The notes beneath the pieces were generated by a model, which was not told the origin of the DNA, did no database searches, and saw only the letters and a program-made list of their open reading frames with translations. Positions 9,576-18,998 of a stretch of DNA of 57,373 bases are shown piece after piece. The stretch covers positions 1 to 57,373 of the forward strand of contig CAZGKY010000001.1 in assembly GCA_964525625.1 (NCBI GenBank), read 5' to 3'. The DNA comes from an uncultured Atribacterota bacterium. GTDB taxonomy: Bacteria > Atribacterota > Phoenicimicrobiia > Phoenicimicrobiales > Stramentimicrobiaceae. Every line of letters begins with the position of its first letter. The stretch's first letter is position 1. The position numbers were made by a program, and so were the translations under genes.

Positions 9576-10925
9576 ATGAATAAAGAGGTACATTATCCGA
9601 TGTCTCAAAAACAACTTAGTAGGTATGTGACTATTTCTAGGCTGATAGAAAACAAGCTAACAGTAAAAGAGGCAGCCATATCTCTGGGGCTTTCTATCCG
9701 ACAAATCCTTCGCCTCAAGAAAGGAGTCAAAACATCTGGGGCAAATGCACTGATGCACAAAAATACTGGTAGGAAACCACATCATGCTATCTGTAGCAGT
9801 CTAAGAGAAAAGATCATTGCCTTAAGAAATTCCCCTACCTACTCTAATGCCAACTTCTGCCACTTTCAAGAATTACTGGCAGAATATGAAAATATTAAAA
9901 TCAGTTATTCAGCCTTGTATGCCCTCTTAAAGAAAGCTGGCATCTCAAGTCCCAAAAAGCGCAGGCGCTTTCGGGAACATCGCAGAAGAAAACGCAAAGA
10001 ACAAGAGGGATTACTAATACAGTTAGATGCCTCTCCCTTTAGCTGGTTAGAAGACGGCAAAACATATCACCTGCACGGAGGGATTGATGATGCTACTGGT
10101 CAGCTAGTGGGATTGTATCTGGCCGAAAGTGAATGTCTGGAAGGATATTTCCAAACCATATATCTTATGCTGGAGTTATTTGGTATCCCAGTCAGTACCT
10201 ACTCAGATCGGCATAGTATCTTCTTTTCTCCCAAGTGCGATAAACTATCCCTGGAGGATCAATTGGCCGGAAAGAGGGTGAATCTGACTCAATTTGGACG
10301 GGCTATGAGCCAGTTGGGAGTTCATATGATTCCTGCCCGGTCACCTCAAGCGAAGGGTCGAATTGAAAGGTTATGGCAAACCCTGCAGAGTCGACTGACC
10401 GTAGAGCTGAAATGTCAGGGAATTAAAACCCTACAGGAGGCCAATATCTTTTTACGGGACTACATTCCCAAATTCAATGCTCACTTTGGAGTAGAAGCGA
10501 AAGAAGAAAGCGCATTTAGAGCAGTTCCCGAAGGAATGTGTCTTGATCATATCTTATGTGTGATCGAAAAGCGCACCTATGACCAAGGAGGAGTCTTCTC
10601 CTTCTACCATAAACACTTTCAAATTCTAGAAGATAAAAATCTGCCCCGCTTAGCCCCCAGAGGGCCTATCGAGGTACTGGTAAGTCCTCGTTTTGGCTTA
10701 AAGGTAGCCTATAAGGGAAATATCTATAATACAGTCTCCTGTTCTCTACCGAAAGCTAAAAGGGCGAATAAACCGATTAAAGAAAAGAAGGTATGGGTTC
10801 CAGATGACCTCCATTATTACAAATACGGTCATCAATTGAGGGCCAAAGCAAATTTGGAAGAGAGTGACCAGGAGATCCTACAGATGTTAGGAGAACTGTT
10901 TCTCTCGAAAGTAGACCGAGAATAA
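9576..10925 (+). CDS. DDE (rve-type) transposase, ISNCY-like
   Basis: 449 aa. N-terminal HTH (LTVKEAAISLGLSIRQILRLKKG) and candidate D-D-E residues in IQLDASPF, TYSDRHSIF and AKGRIERLWQTLQ. Confidence 0.75.
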   Translation: MNKEVHYPMSQKQLSRYVTISRLIENKLTVKEAAISLGLSIRQILRLKKGVKTSGANALMHKNTGRKPHHAICSSLREKIIALRNSPTYSNANFCHFQELLAEYENIKISYSALYALLKKAGISSPKKRRRFREHRRRKRKEQEGLLIQLDASPFSWLEDGKTYHLHGGIDDATGQLVGLYLAESECLEGYFQTIYLMLELFGIPVSTYSDRHSIFFSPKCDKLSLEDQLAGKRVNLTQFGRAMSQLGVHMIPARSPQAKGRIERLWQTLQSRLTVELKCQGIKTLQEANIFLRDYIPKFNAHFGVEAKEESAFRAVPEGMCLDHILCVIEKRTYDQGGVFSFYHKHFQILEDKNLPRLAPRGPIEVLVSPRFGLKVAYKGNIYNTVSCSLPKAKRANKPIKEKKVWVPDDLHYYKYGHQLRAKANLEESDQEILQMLGELFLSKVDRE

Positions 10926-10982
10926 TAACACCAATCTCGTTGTCTAAAACAATGACCTTGCTGTTGTTATTCTCTTTATAGA

Positions 10983-11947
10983 TTGGTGAAACGAAAACCA
11001 GCTGACACCTGTAGATTGTTTAACTTATCCAGAACGGTCTATTACAAGTGGATAAAAAGGTTCAATAAGTTAGGATATTCAGGTTTACTAAATAGGCAAA
11101 AATCCAAACCCGAGAGGCCCAATCAGATCAAGCCTGAATATGAGAAGATCATTTACAATTACATACGAGATTATCCGACCCATGGACCCAGAAGGATTTC
11201 CAATGAGCTGAAAACCCAGGGTATCCTAATCAGTAAAACCGGTGTCTATAACGTCTTAAGAAGAGGTGGACTTAATCGTCGCCTGAACTGGCTGTTTTAT
11301 GCCCAGGAGAATCCTGATAACCCAGTTATCACCGAAAGGTATCTCAGAGAGGTTGAAAAGAAAAAAGAAACCTATATTGACGCCTTCTACCTAGGAGGTC
11401 TGTTTGGTCAAGATACCTTCTAGATGGGCACCATCAAGGGACTGGGTAGAATCTGAAAGCAGTCTGGGATTGAGGCCTATGCCAATTTCGGCTTTGCCAA
11501 GGTCTATACCAATAAGAAGGCAGACAATACCATTGACTTTGTCGAGACGAAAGTAATACCGGTCTAGGGCATCTTTGACCTTCCCTTAGATCGTATCTTC
11601 ACCGATAATGGCAAAGAGTATACCACTCACTGGGAAAATGGTAAACATGATTATGAAAAACATTTCTGGCCAAGCGTGGTATCACTCATACTAAGATTAA
11701 GCCCAGATGTCCTAAGAGTAACGGGATGGTAGAAAGATTTAACAGAACACTGTGAGAAGAGTTCTACCAAGTTGCAATGATTAAGAATGTCTATACCTCT
11801 TTGGATGAGTTACCGGATGATCTGGATGAGTTCATTTGCTATTACCATTTTAAAAGAAGGAATCAGGGTTACCGACTAAAGGGAAAGATCCCTTACCAGA
11901 AATTTATCGATGGTAAGCGTAAATTCACTTTACCTAAACCAGGATAA
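10983..11947 (+). pseudogene. IS481-family transposase pseudogene (5'-truncated, with stops and frameshifts)
   Basis: HTH part is LFNLSRTVYYKWIKRFNKLGYSGL. The downstream frames give ...TDNGKEYTTHW... and ...YHFKRRNQGYRLKGK..., interrupted by several stop codons. Confidence 0.65.
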
Positions 11948-12176
11948 ATAGTATCCTATTTTTATAGGAAAGAACTAGATGTGTAAACCCATCATGAAAT
12001 TAATACATCTTATTCCTAAAGGTGACATTTTCTAGCGATAATTAACTACCCTTTTAGGTGACATTTTCTAAAGTTATTGACAAAGAAATTTACACTATGT
12101 CTGTGTCAACTTTTTGGGGGTAGTTTTTTTTGCTGTAAAAATTCCTTCTGGTTTTAGGTAGACCTACCTCTTTAGA

Positions 12177-12726
12177 ATAGACACTCACGCCCTTACAGGC
12201 GTGGTGCTCTCAAAATTCAAGCTGTGCTTGTCCTGTATCTTCCTCTTCTTGCATCCGGACGTATGCTTGGATGATTTTCTCGTTGATCCCCACTGTAGAG
12301 ACAAAATAACCTTTCGCCCATATCCCTTTATCGTCCCAGTAGACCTTTTGCAGGAAGGTAAATTTTTCTTTCAGTGCTCTACTGGTATTGGACTTGATAG
12401 TTTCCACCACCTTGCTTACCGCATACTTGGGAGGGATCAACATATACAAATGGATGTGATCAATATCGATGCCAATCTCCAGATATTCCCAGTCTGGATA
12501 GTACTTTCTAATCTCTAGAAGCTTTATCTTCAGATAGTCTTTGACTCCCCTAAGGAGTATCTTCCTTCGGAAACGGGTAATCCAGACGATATGATATTGG
12601 GTCTGGTATACGGTATGGGACGATTTTCTGAGTCTCATATCATTATTATATCAAAGTACGAACGGAAGATACAGGAACATGCTCTCATCCCCACCCTTAC
12701 AGGTGGGGAGTTCCCGCTGGATTAAA
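12177..12726 (-). mobile_element. IS200/IS605-family element (tnpA only), copy 1, intact
   Basis: Subterminal hairpins ccccaccTGTAAGggtgggg (LE) and caccacgccTGTAAGggcgtg (RE) flank tnpA. No inverted repeats, as expected for this family. Confidence 0.85.
12210..12638 (-). CDS. tnpA: IS200/IS605 family Y1 (HUH) transposase TnpA
   Basis: 142 aa with YHIVWITRFRRKIL, the HUH motif DHIHLYM and C-terminal GYFVSTVG. Confidence 0.9.
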   Translation of the reverse strand: MRLRKSSHTVYQTQYHIVWITRFRRKILLRGVKDYLKIKLLEIRKYYPDWEYLEIGIDIDHIHLYMLIPPKYAVSKVVETIKSNTSRALKEKFTFLQKVYWDDKGIWAKGYFVSTVGINEKIIQAYVRMQEEEDTGQAQLEF

Positions 12727-12826
12727 GCCGTTAGTAATGGCTCAAAATAAGCATAAAATACCCTAATTTATTACCTTTTCTGTTATACATACTTAACACA
12801 TACCTTCTTTAATTTTTTCTTCTTTA

Positions 12827-13449
12827 TTAGCCAATCTCTAGTTCAGTTAATTTCCGCAAAACACCTACCCAGGGTCTTCCTTGATGAGGACCTTCCAGGG
12901 CTGGTATCCTCACCTGAATCACAGCAGATGAGGAAGCCTCCTTGGTAAAGTAAGAGGCAGGTAAGGGTGGTTTGAGAGGCTTTATCTGAAGGGGATGATA
13001 TCTTTCCTTCTGCCACCAGGTATTCCACCTGCCATTTAGGATGGTCTCTTTCACCTTCAGTAAGGATAAGGCTCCTTTTTTACTCCAGCTCCTACCCTGC
13101 TTCTTAAAGCGGGTGGCAATAGCCACATTGACATTGGACTCAATGGCCCCGATCATGGCAATATCTTTGTCCTTTAGGGTCACCTGGTTGCTGATCCCCT
13201 GGCGGTTGTGGGAGAGGTAGGAGTAAAATTTACTCAGGAGCTCTTTTTCCTTCCGATCATAAGGATGAAGCAGGAGGGAATTGATCCTCTCTAAAGCCTT
13301 CTCAATCTGATTAGAGAGTAGTAAATCCTTGATCAGCTTCTGTTCTGGTTTCCTTCTGGCTAAGGATTCCCGAAGGTGCTTGTTAAGATGGAAACGACAG
13401 AGTAGGTAGGTGGCATTGGGGAAGTAATCCCTAAGGCCAGAGGTAATCC
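12827..13449 (-). pseudogene. ISLre2 (UPF0236)-like transposase C-terminal fragment
   Basis: ...LCRFHLNKHL...AIESNVNVAIATRFKKQGRSWSKKGALSLLKVKETILNGRW. It is fused in frame to an unrelated IS21 fragment. Confidence 0.5.
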
Positions 13450-13872
13450 AGTATTCTGCCCAATCAAACTGTGATAGAACTCCAGGATTTGTTTCATATC
13501 TTAAGCTTAATTTTGAGATATTTACCTGACCCTTTAGCCTTCTTAAGTAATCATAGAAAGCTGTTTTTGAACCACTATATCCCAGCTTTCTTAGTTCAAT
13601 AAATATTGGCAACCAATAAATTTGTCCTTAATAAGCATTTCCAGTATTTTTTCATGATATGCCGAAACATTTGATCTTGATTTTAAAATATCATCTTTTT
13701 TATCACCACTATACTCCTTAAAACTGTCACTTCTTAGAGCTTTTCTTACCGTATTTTTACTCATCTTTAAAAGCCTTGATATTTCTTTAATACCATGACC
13801 CTTTTCCCTGAGTATTTTTATGCTTGCCCATTCATCCAAGGTTAACATCCCCTTTCCTTCTTTGAACATCAA
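13450..13872 (-). pseudogene. IS21-family IstA N-terminal fragment (frameshifted, truncated)
   Basis: HTH ILREKGHGIKEISRLLKMSKNTVRKALR, then LRKLGYSGSKTAFYDYLRRLKG...ETNPGVLSQFDWAE in a second frame. Confidence 0.55.
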
Positions 13873-13910
13873 TATTTATGGTCCAAAGGATAATAAATAT
13901 TTAACATCTG

Positions 13911-14324
13911 TTGCAATTAAAAAGTAGACCCAGACACAGCAATGATAATGCTTTGATAGAGACTAAAAATGGCTGGGTAGTAAGGAAGTGGTTAGGCTAT
14001 AGCCATATCAGGAAAGAGCATGCCTCCAGCATTAATGAGTTTTATTTCGGCTTCTTTCAGGAATATCTCAACTTTCACCGTCCCTGTGCCTTTCCTACAG
14101 AGGTTATAGACAGCAAGGGAAAGATGAAGAAGAAATACCGATACCAGGACTATCAGACTCCCTATGAGAAGCTAAGGAGTATTCCTGATGTGGGGAAGTA
14201 TCTCAAAGATGGTATCACCCTTAAGATGTTAGATAACATAGCTCACCGATACACTGATAATGAGATGGCTGAAAAAGTTCAGCTTGCAAGAGATAGATTA
14301 TTTGATAAAATAGTAGCAGCATGA
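13911..14324 (+). pseudogene. C-terminal fragment of an rve-type transposase
   Basis: RPRHSNDNALIETKNG resembles the third catalytic-region segment of DDE integrases. There is no N-terminal part or proper start. Confidence 0.5.
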
Positions 14325-14339
14325 CTCTTGTTTCAGGCT

Positions 14340-14941
14340 CATATTTTGATTAGAAAAGACTGTGGGGGAAGTTTAGAATAGCAAATTGTTTCTGAAGGTA
14401 CTTTTTGTCGATGGCTTTGACTGTCTTCCAGTCCAGGTCAGGGAGCTCTGCTACTTGCTTGAGACTGGCTATCCGACAGAGCCAGGAAACTAGTTCCTCA
14501 AATCTGGTGGTGCATCGGGAGTAAGGATCAGCAAAGTCGAGTCTTTAAATCTTCACTCCACAGTTGGGGCAATTGGTGCGATGTTTATCCAGGACCAGAT
14601 AGGTCTTAAACTTAAAGATGGACAGATCCTTGATTCTGGCTTCCCGGCAGTCCCAGCTCCAGAAAGACATCTGACCACAGCTAGAACAGGTGAATCCTGA
14701 GGAGTAGTCTCGGTGAAGATGGATTTCGGTAGAATCACCATGAGTGATTGCCCCATCAAATTTTACACTTGGCAGATTGAGCCAGTCTGCTATAATAGTA
14801 GTAGGCATCTTGTCTCCTCCCTGTATTTGTTTATTATGGTTTTTTAAGTATAAACTATACAGGAAAGGCTAGATGCCTTGCAATATTAAGTTTTCAAAGA
14901 ACTATTTTCTGTGGATAACTACACTTTTTGGAGAAGAACCG
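14340..14941 (-). pseudogene. ISL3-family transposase N-terminal fragment with left terminal IR
   Basis: zf-ISL3 motif CSSCG...CPNCG, then an in-frame stop followed by DFADPYSRCTTRFEELVSWL. The IR GGTTCTTCTCCAAAAAGTGTAGTTATCCACAG ends at 14941. Confidence 0.6.
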
Positions 14942-15057
14942 ATTTAACTCTGGATGTTGCAATTATTTCTTTCAACTTTATACATTTAATTATTGCAAAA
15001 ATATTTTATTACCCTACTAAATTTTAAACTAAAAGAATGGAGAACAATCAAATAATA

Positions 15058-16563
15058 CTACTTCATCGATCCCCTTTCCATGAATCTTTGATGCCAGGAT
15101 AGAGCTTCTTCTATTAAATGAGGGGTATGCCCTCCTTTTTTGATAGCCTCATTGAGGTAATGTTCTAACTCTGATCTATAATCAGGGTGGGCACATTGAC
15201 TAATAATAACTTTTGCCCTTTCTCGTGGAGATAATCCTCTTAGGTCAGCCAGCCCTTGTTCAGTAACAATGATATGCACATCATGTTCGGTATGATCTAC
15301 ATGAGAGACCATGGGAACAATACAGGATATAGTGCCATCTTTGGCCGTAGAGGGGGTCACAAAGATGGATAGATAGGCATTACGGGTAAAATCTCCTGAA
15401 CCACCAATACCATTAACCATCTTAGTTCCCATAATATGGGTAGAGTTAACCTGGCCAAAAATATCTGCTTCGATAGCGGTATTCATGGCAATGGAACCTA
15501 ATCTTCGAATAATTTCCGGATGGTTGCTTATTTCCTGAGGGCGTAAGATGATCTTTCTTTTGTATTGTTCTAAGTGCTCCCTAAATCTCTTTTGTCCTTC
15601 TTGAGAAAGAGTTAAGGAGGTGCCGGAGGCAAACCTGAATTTTCCCTCATCAAGTAAATCCAGCACTGAGTCTTGAATGACCTCAGAATAAAAATCAAGG
15701 TTTTCAAAAGAGGAATGGAGTAAGCCAGCTAAGACTGCATTAGCTATGCTACCCACTCCGGACTGGAGGGGAAAAAGGTTAGTAGGTAATCTACCCAGGC
15801 GAACTTCTTCTTCTAGAAAATGAATGATATGTCCGGCAATCTTCTGGCTACCCTCATCAAGAGGAGCTAAAGGCGACCCTTGGTCTGGGAGATCAGTGAG
15901 CACTATGGCTTTAATCTTAGCAGGGTCAGTGGGAATATAGGTTGTTCCTATCCGCTCATCGGGTCTAGTAAGAGGAATGGGCTGGCGATGGGGAGGGTCC
16001 TGAGGTTGATAGATATCATGGATTCCTTCTAATTCTAAAGGATGGTATTGGTTGATTTCTACAATGATAGATTTTGCTCTATCTACGATGGTTGGTGAAA
16101 CTCCTACTGAGGTGCTGGGAATTATATTCCCTTCTTCATCAATGGCAATAGCCTCAATAATGGCTAGATCAATCTCTCCCAAAAAACCGTAGCGTAGCTG
16201 CTGGGCAAAATGGCTAAGGTGAATATCAGCATAAGCAGTCTTACCCGCATTGATATTATCCCTGAGTATTTTATTGGTCTGATAAGGGTAACGTCGGCCA
16301 ATAATGCCAGCCTCTGCTAAGGCTCCATCTAATTCTTCACCTACAGAAGCACCGGTAAATAAGGTAAGCTTTAATTTTCCCTTATTCTCTTTTACTCTAT
16401 TAGCTAAAGCCAAAGGGACTGCTTTGGGATAGCCGGCGGGGGTAAAACCACTGGTGGCGATGGTCATTCCATCGGTGATTAAAGCGGCAGCTAATTCAGG
16501 ACTTTTTAATTTTTTTTGTAATTTAATATCTCTTATTCTTCGATTGTTATTTTCTGTATCCAT
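15058..16563 (-). CDS. Acetyl-CoA hydrolase/transferase family protein (succinyl-CoA:acetate / Cat1-type CoA-transferase)
   Basis: 501 aa with GMTIATSGFTPAGYPKAVP near the N-terminus and VNGIGGSGDFTRNA (GxGGxxDF) near the C-terminus. Confidence 0.8.
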   Translation of the reverse strand: MDTENNNRRIRDIKLQKKLKSPELAAALITDGMTIATSGFTPAGYPKAVPLALANRVKENKGKLKLTLFTGASVGEELDGALAEAGIIGRRYPYQTNKILRDNINAGKTAYADIHLSHFAQQLRYGFLGEIDLAIIEAIAIDEEGNIIPSTSVGVSPTIVDRAKSIIVEINQYHPLELEGIHDIYQPQDPPHRQPIPLTRPDERIGTTYIPTDPAKIKAIVLTDLPDQGSPLAPLDEGSQKIAGHIIHFLEEEVRLGRLPTNLFPLQSGVGSIANAVLAGLLHSSFENLDFYSEVIQDSVLDLLDEGKFRFASGTSLTLSQEGQKRFREHLEQYKRKIILRPQEISNHPEIIRRLGSIAMNTAIEADIFGQVNSTHIMGTKMVNGIGGSGDFTRNAYLSIFVTPSTAKDGTISCIVPMVSHVDHTEHDVHIIVTEQGLADLRGLSPRERAKVIISQCAHPDYRSELEHYLNEAIKKGGHTPHLIEEALSWHQRFMERGSMK

Positions 16564-17068
16564 ATTCTACACTCCTTAATTTTTATTAATTTGTTTTTTT
16601 TTGTGAAATTTAGAAATTATTTAATAAATATCAAGACATAGTGAACTCTTTCTAATGATATTAAAATATTAATCCAGCGGGAACTCCCCACCTGTAAGGG
16701 TGGGGATGAGAGCATGTTCCTGTATCTTCCGTTCGTACTTTGATATAATAATGATATGAGACTCAGAAAATCGTCCCATACCGTATACCAGACCCAATAT
16801 CATATCGTCTGGATTACCCGTTTCCGAAGGAAGATACTCCTTAGGGGAGTCAAAGACTATCTGAAGATAAAGCTTCTAGAGATTAGAAAGTACTATCCAG
16901 ACTGGGAATATCTGGAGATTGGCATCGATATTGATCACATCCATTTGTATATGTTGATCCCTCCCAAGTATGCGGTAAGCAAGGTGGTGGAAACTATCAA
17001 GTCCAATACCAGTAGAGCACTGAAAGAAAAATTTACCTTCCTGCAAAAGGTCTACTGGGACGGTGGAA

Positions 17069-18463
17069 GAGATACTGTCAAATGTTGTGGATGAATAAAT
17101 TCACATCCTTTGGAACATTAACCGTTATGCCACTTTATCTACCAGCTCTCCATCCCGGAATTCTTTGTTCTCTAAGACCAGTGGAATCATTTGATATCCC
17201 CTAAGCCGCCGCCAGTTCTTTTGGGCCTCCTGGGCCAATTTGAAGACCATACTCAAGGTAGCCTTTCGGGATCCACAGCCTTTGGTCCGTTTGGTTCTCA
17301 ATCGTACCGTGGCAAAGGTAGACTCGATCGGATTGGTGGTCCGAATAGGCATCCAGTGTACGGCCGGAAAATCATAGAAGGTAAACAGATCTTCAGAGTC
17401 TTTACTCAGACATTCGGCTGCTTTGGGATATTTATCACTATAGGAAGCCAGGAAATGATCATAAGCCTGTAATGCTTCTTGTTTTGTTTCAGCCTGATAC
17501 AGCTCATGGATCAGGGATTTGGCCTTGGACTGGATAGCCTTAGGTAGTTTATCTAAGATGTTGGCTGTCTTGTGTACCCAGCAGCGTTGCCGGCGGGTTT
17601 GAGGGAAGACCTCTGCTAGGGCTGCCCAGAAGCCTAAGGCGCCATCACCGATCGCCAGTTTGGGCATCTGCTGTAATCCTCTTTCTTTCAGATCCAGTAG
17701 CATCTCCCGCCAGGCGATCTTGCTTTCCCGATAGCCGTCAGAGAGGGCAATGAGTTCTTTGTTACCCTCAGCATCTGCTCCCATGATGAGGAGGATACAG
17801 GAGCGCTCCTCATCCAGTCGGACCTGGAAATAGATGCCATCTACCCAGAGATAGACATAGTGTTTATGGGATAGATCCCGTTTAACCCATCTTTCATATT
17901 CGGCTTCCCAGCATCTCTTGAGCCGCACGATATTGGCCGGAGAAAGTCCTTTTACCCCTTCTCCTAAGATGGCAGTTAGAGCCTGGGGAAAATCATTGCT
18001 GCTGATGCCCTTCAGGTAAAGATAGGGAATGAGGTTATCCACACTGGGCATTCTACGCAGATACTTGGGCAGGATCGTACTGGTAAAGCGCTTCTGCTTC
18101 CTTCGATCATCGACCCGTGGTTGTCTGATAGGAATAGGACCTATTCCAGAGATAATGGAACGACTAGGATGGTAACCGTTACGCACCACGGTTTTTCTTC
18201 CCAAAGAATCTCTATCTTGCCTATGTGCTTTTATATATTCTTCCACTTCTAATTCCAAAGCCTGCTGTAACATCTTCCGTGCTCCTTCCCTGGCTAGCTG
18301 TTCTAATACCGACCAGGTTTCACTTTTTTCTGGACAAAAGTCCATCTCTTGAGTATACTGACTCATAAGCATATCCCTTTCTCATTTGGAAATATTTTTA
18401 TTGAACATACTTTCCAAAGGATATGCTTTTTTTATCATTCTGTCCACAACTTTTGATTATAAC
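17069..18463 (-). mobile_element. IS256-family insertion sequence with 9-bp target duplication
   Basis: Imperfect IRs GAGATACTGTCAAATGTTGTGGA and GAGTTATAATCAAAAGTTGTGGAC. Direct repeat ACGGTGGAA at 17060-17068 and 18464-18472. Confidence 0.85.
17125..18372 (-). CDS. IS256 family (Mutator-type) transposase
   Basis: 415 aa intact ORF with YLWVDGIYFQVR, RCWVHKTANILDKLPK and TTNPIESTFATVRLRTKRTKG. Confidence 0.9.
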   Translation of the reverse strand: MLMSQYTQEMDFCPEKSETWSVLEQLAREGARKMLQQALELEVEEYIKAHRQDRDSLGRKTVVRNGYHPSRSIISGIGPIPIRQPRVDDRRKQKRFTSTILPKYLRRMPSVDNLIPYLYLKGISSNDFPQALTAILGEGVKGLSPANIVRLKRCWEAEYERWVKRDLSHKHYVYLWVDGIYFQVRLDEERSCILLIMGADAEGNKELIALSDGYRESKIAWREMLLDLKERGLQQMPKLAIGDGALGFWAALAEVFPQTRRQRCWVHKTANILDKLPKAIQSKAKSLIHELYQAETKQEALQAYDHFLASYSDKYPKAAECLSKDSEDLFTFYDFPAVHWMPIRTTNPIESTFATVRLRTKRTKGCGSRKATLSMVFKLAQEAQKNWRRLRGYQMIPLVLENKEFRDGELVDKVA

Positions 18464-18472
18464 TCACGGTGG

Positions 18473-18512
18473 AAATCCCATGGGCAAGCCCATGGTATTC
18501 TGCCCTTCGGGT
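18473..18512. repeat. 46-nt two-hairpin mini-element, copy 1 (first 6 nt at 17063-17068, split by IS256)
   Basis: gtggaa|atCCCATGGGcaagCCCATGGtattctGCCCttcgGGGTta. It is absent from the otherwise collinear tnpA of IS200 copy 1. Confidence 0.6.
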
Positions 18513-18680
18513 TAATAAAGGTATATGGGTGAAAGGTTATTTTGTCTCCACAGTGGGGATCAACGAGAAGATAATCCAAGCATACGTCGCATACGTCCGA
18601 ATGCAAGAAGAGGAGGATACATGACAAGCGGAGCTTGAATTTTGAGAGCACCACGCCTGTAAGGGCGTGGGTGTCTATGT

Positions 18681-18956
18681 GGTCAGACCTCCCTGGGTAA
18701 GAATAATAGCCTTCACCCCATCTACCTGCTACATCTACTACACCATCTTTGGGCAGTATCGGATTTTGTTTTGACTAGCAAACTCATCCAGATGATATAG
18801 CCTCCTATGCAGTTCGTGTTCCTCAGGCCGGGACTTTGCCGCCGACTTCCTTCAGATTCCATCTCACGATGGACACCCTTGTCTTGGGCTAATGGTTGCT
18901 ACTGCCAACCCCATAACAGACTTTCACTGTCAAGTGATTACTCACGCCGGGCGCAA
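18681..18956 (-). mobile_element. 5' fragment (domain I) of a second group IIC intron copy, truncated by IS200 copy 2
   Basis: The minus strand starts UUGCGCCCGGCGUGAG and contains CAAGGGUGUCC...AUGGAAUCUGAAGGAAG...CUGAGGAACACGAAC...GGAUGAGUUUGC...CUUACCCAGGGAGGUCUGAC. These blocks match the O. iheyensis IIC intron as I recall it. Confidence 0.7.
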
Positions 18957-18998
18957 TCGAGTAGGAGGTAGATGATTAATTCATCTACCGTCCTCTCA

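Larger units (their letters stand above)
9515..12091 (+). mobile_element. ISNCY-like insertion sequence with long multi-repeat terminal inverted repeats, enclosing an IS481-like relic
   Basis: Left end aaatttttgtgaatattttatgatAATGTCACCttatTAATTATCttgatAAAATGTCAC. It matches the reverse complement of the right end (12020-12091), which also carries two AAAATGTCACC motifs and TTAATTATC. Confidence 0.55.
16756..18645 (+). pseudogene. tnpA: Interrupted tnpA of IS200 copy 2
   Basis: The reading frame breaks after ...FLQKVYWD at 17062 and resumes after 18512. It also carries a short duplication (gacgtatgc x2) near the 3' end. Confidence 0.85.
16667..18679 (+). mobile_element. IS200/IS605-family element, copy 2, disrupted by a 46-nt mini-element and an IS256
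   Basis: Same LE and RE hairpins as copy 1. The first 104 TnpA residues are identical to copy 1 in the ORF track. Confidence 0.85.

Noticed and set aside
14909-14917. The only perfect DnaA box (TGTGGATAA) in the window.
   Set aside because: It lies inside the terminal inverted repeat of the ISL3 relic, about 32 kb from dnaA. It is a coincidental match, not an origin element.
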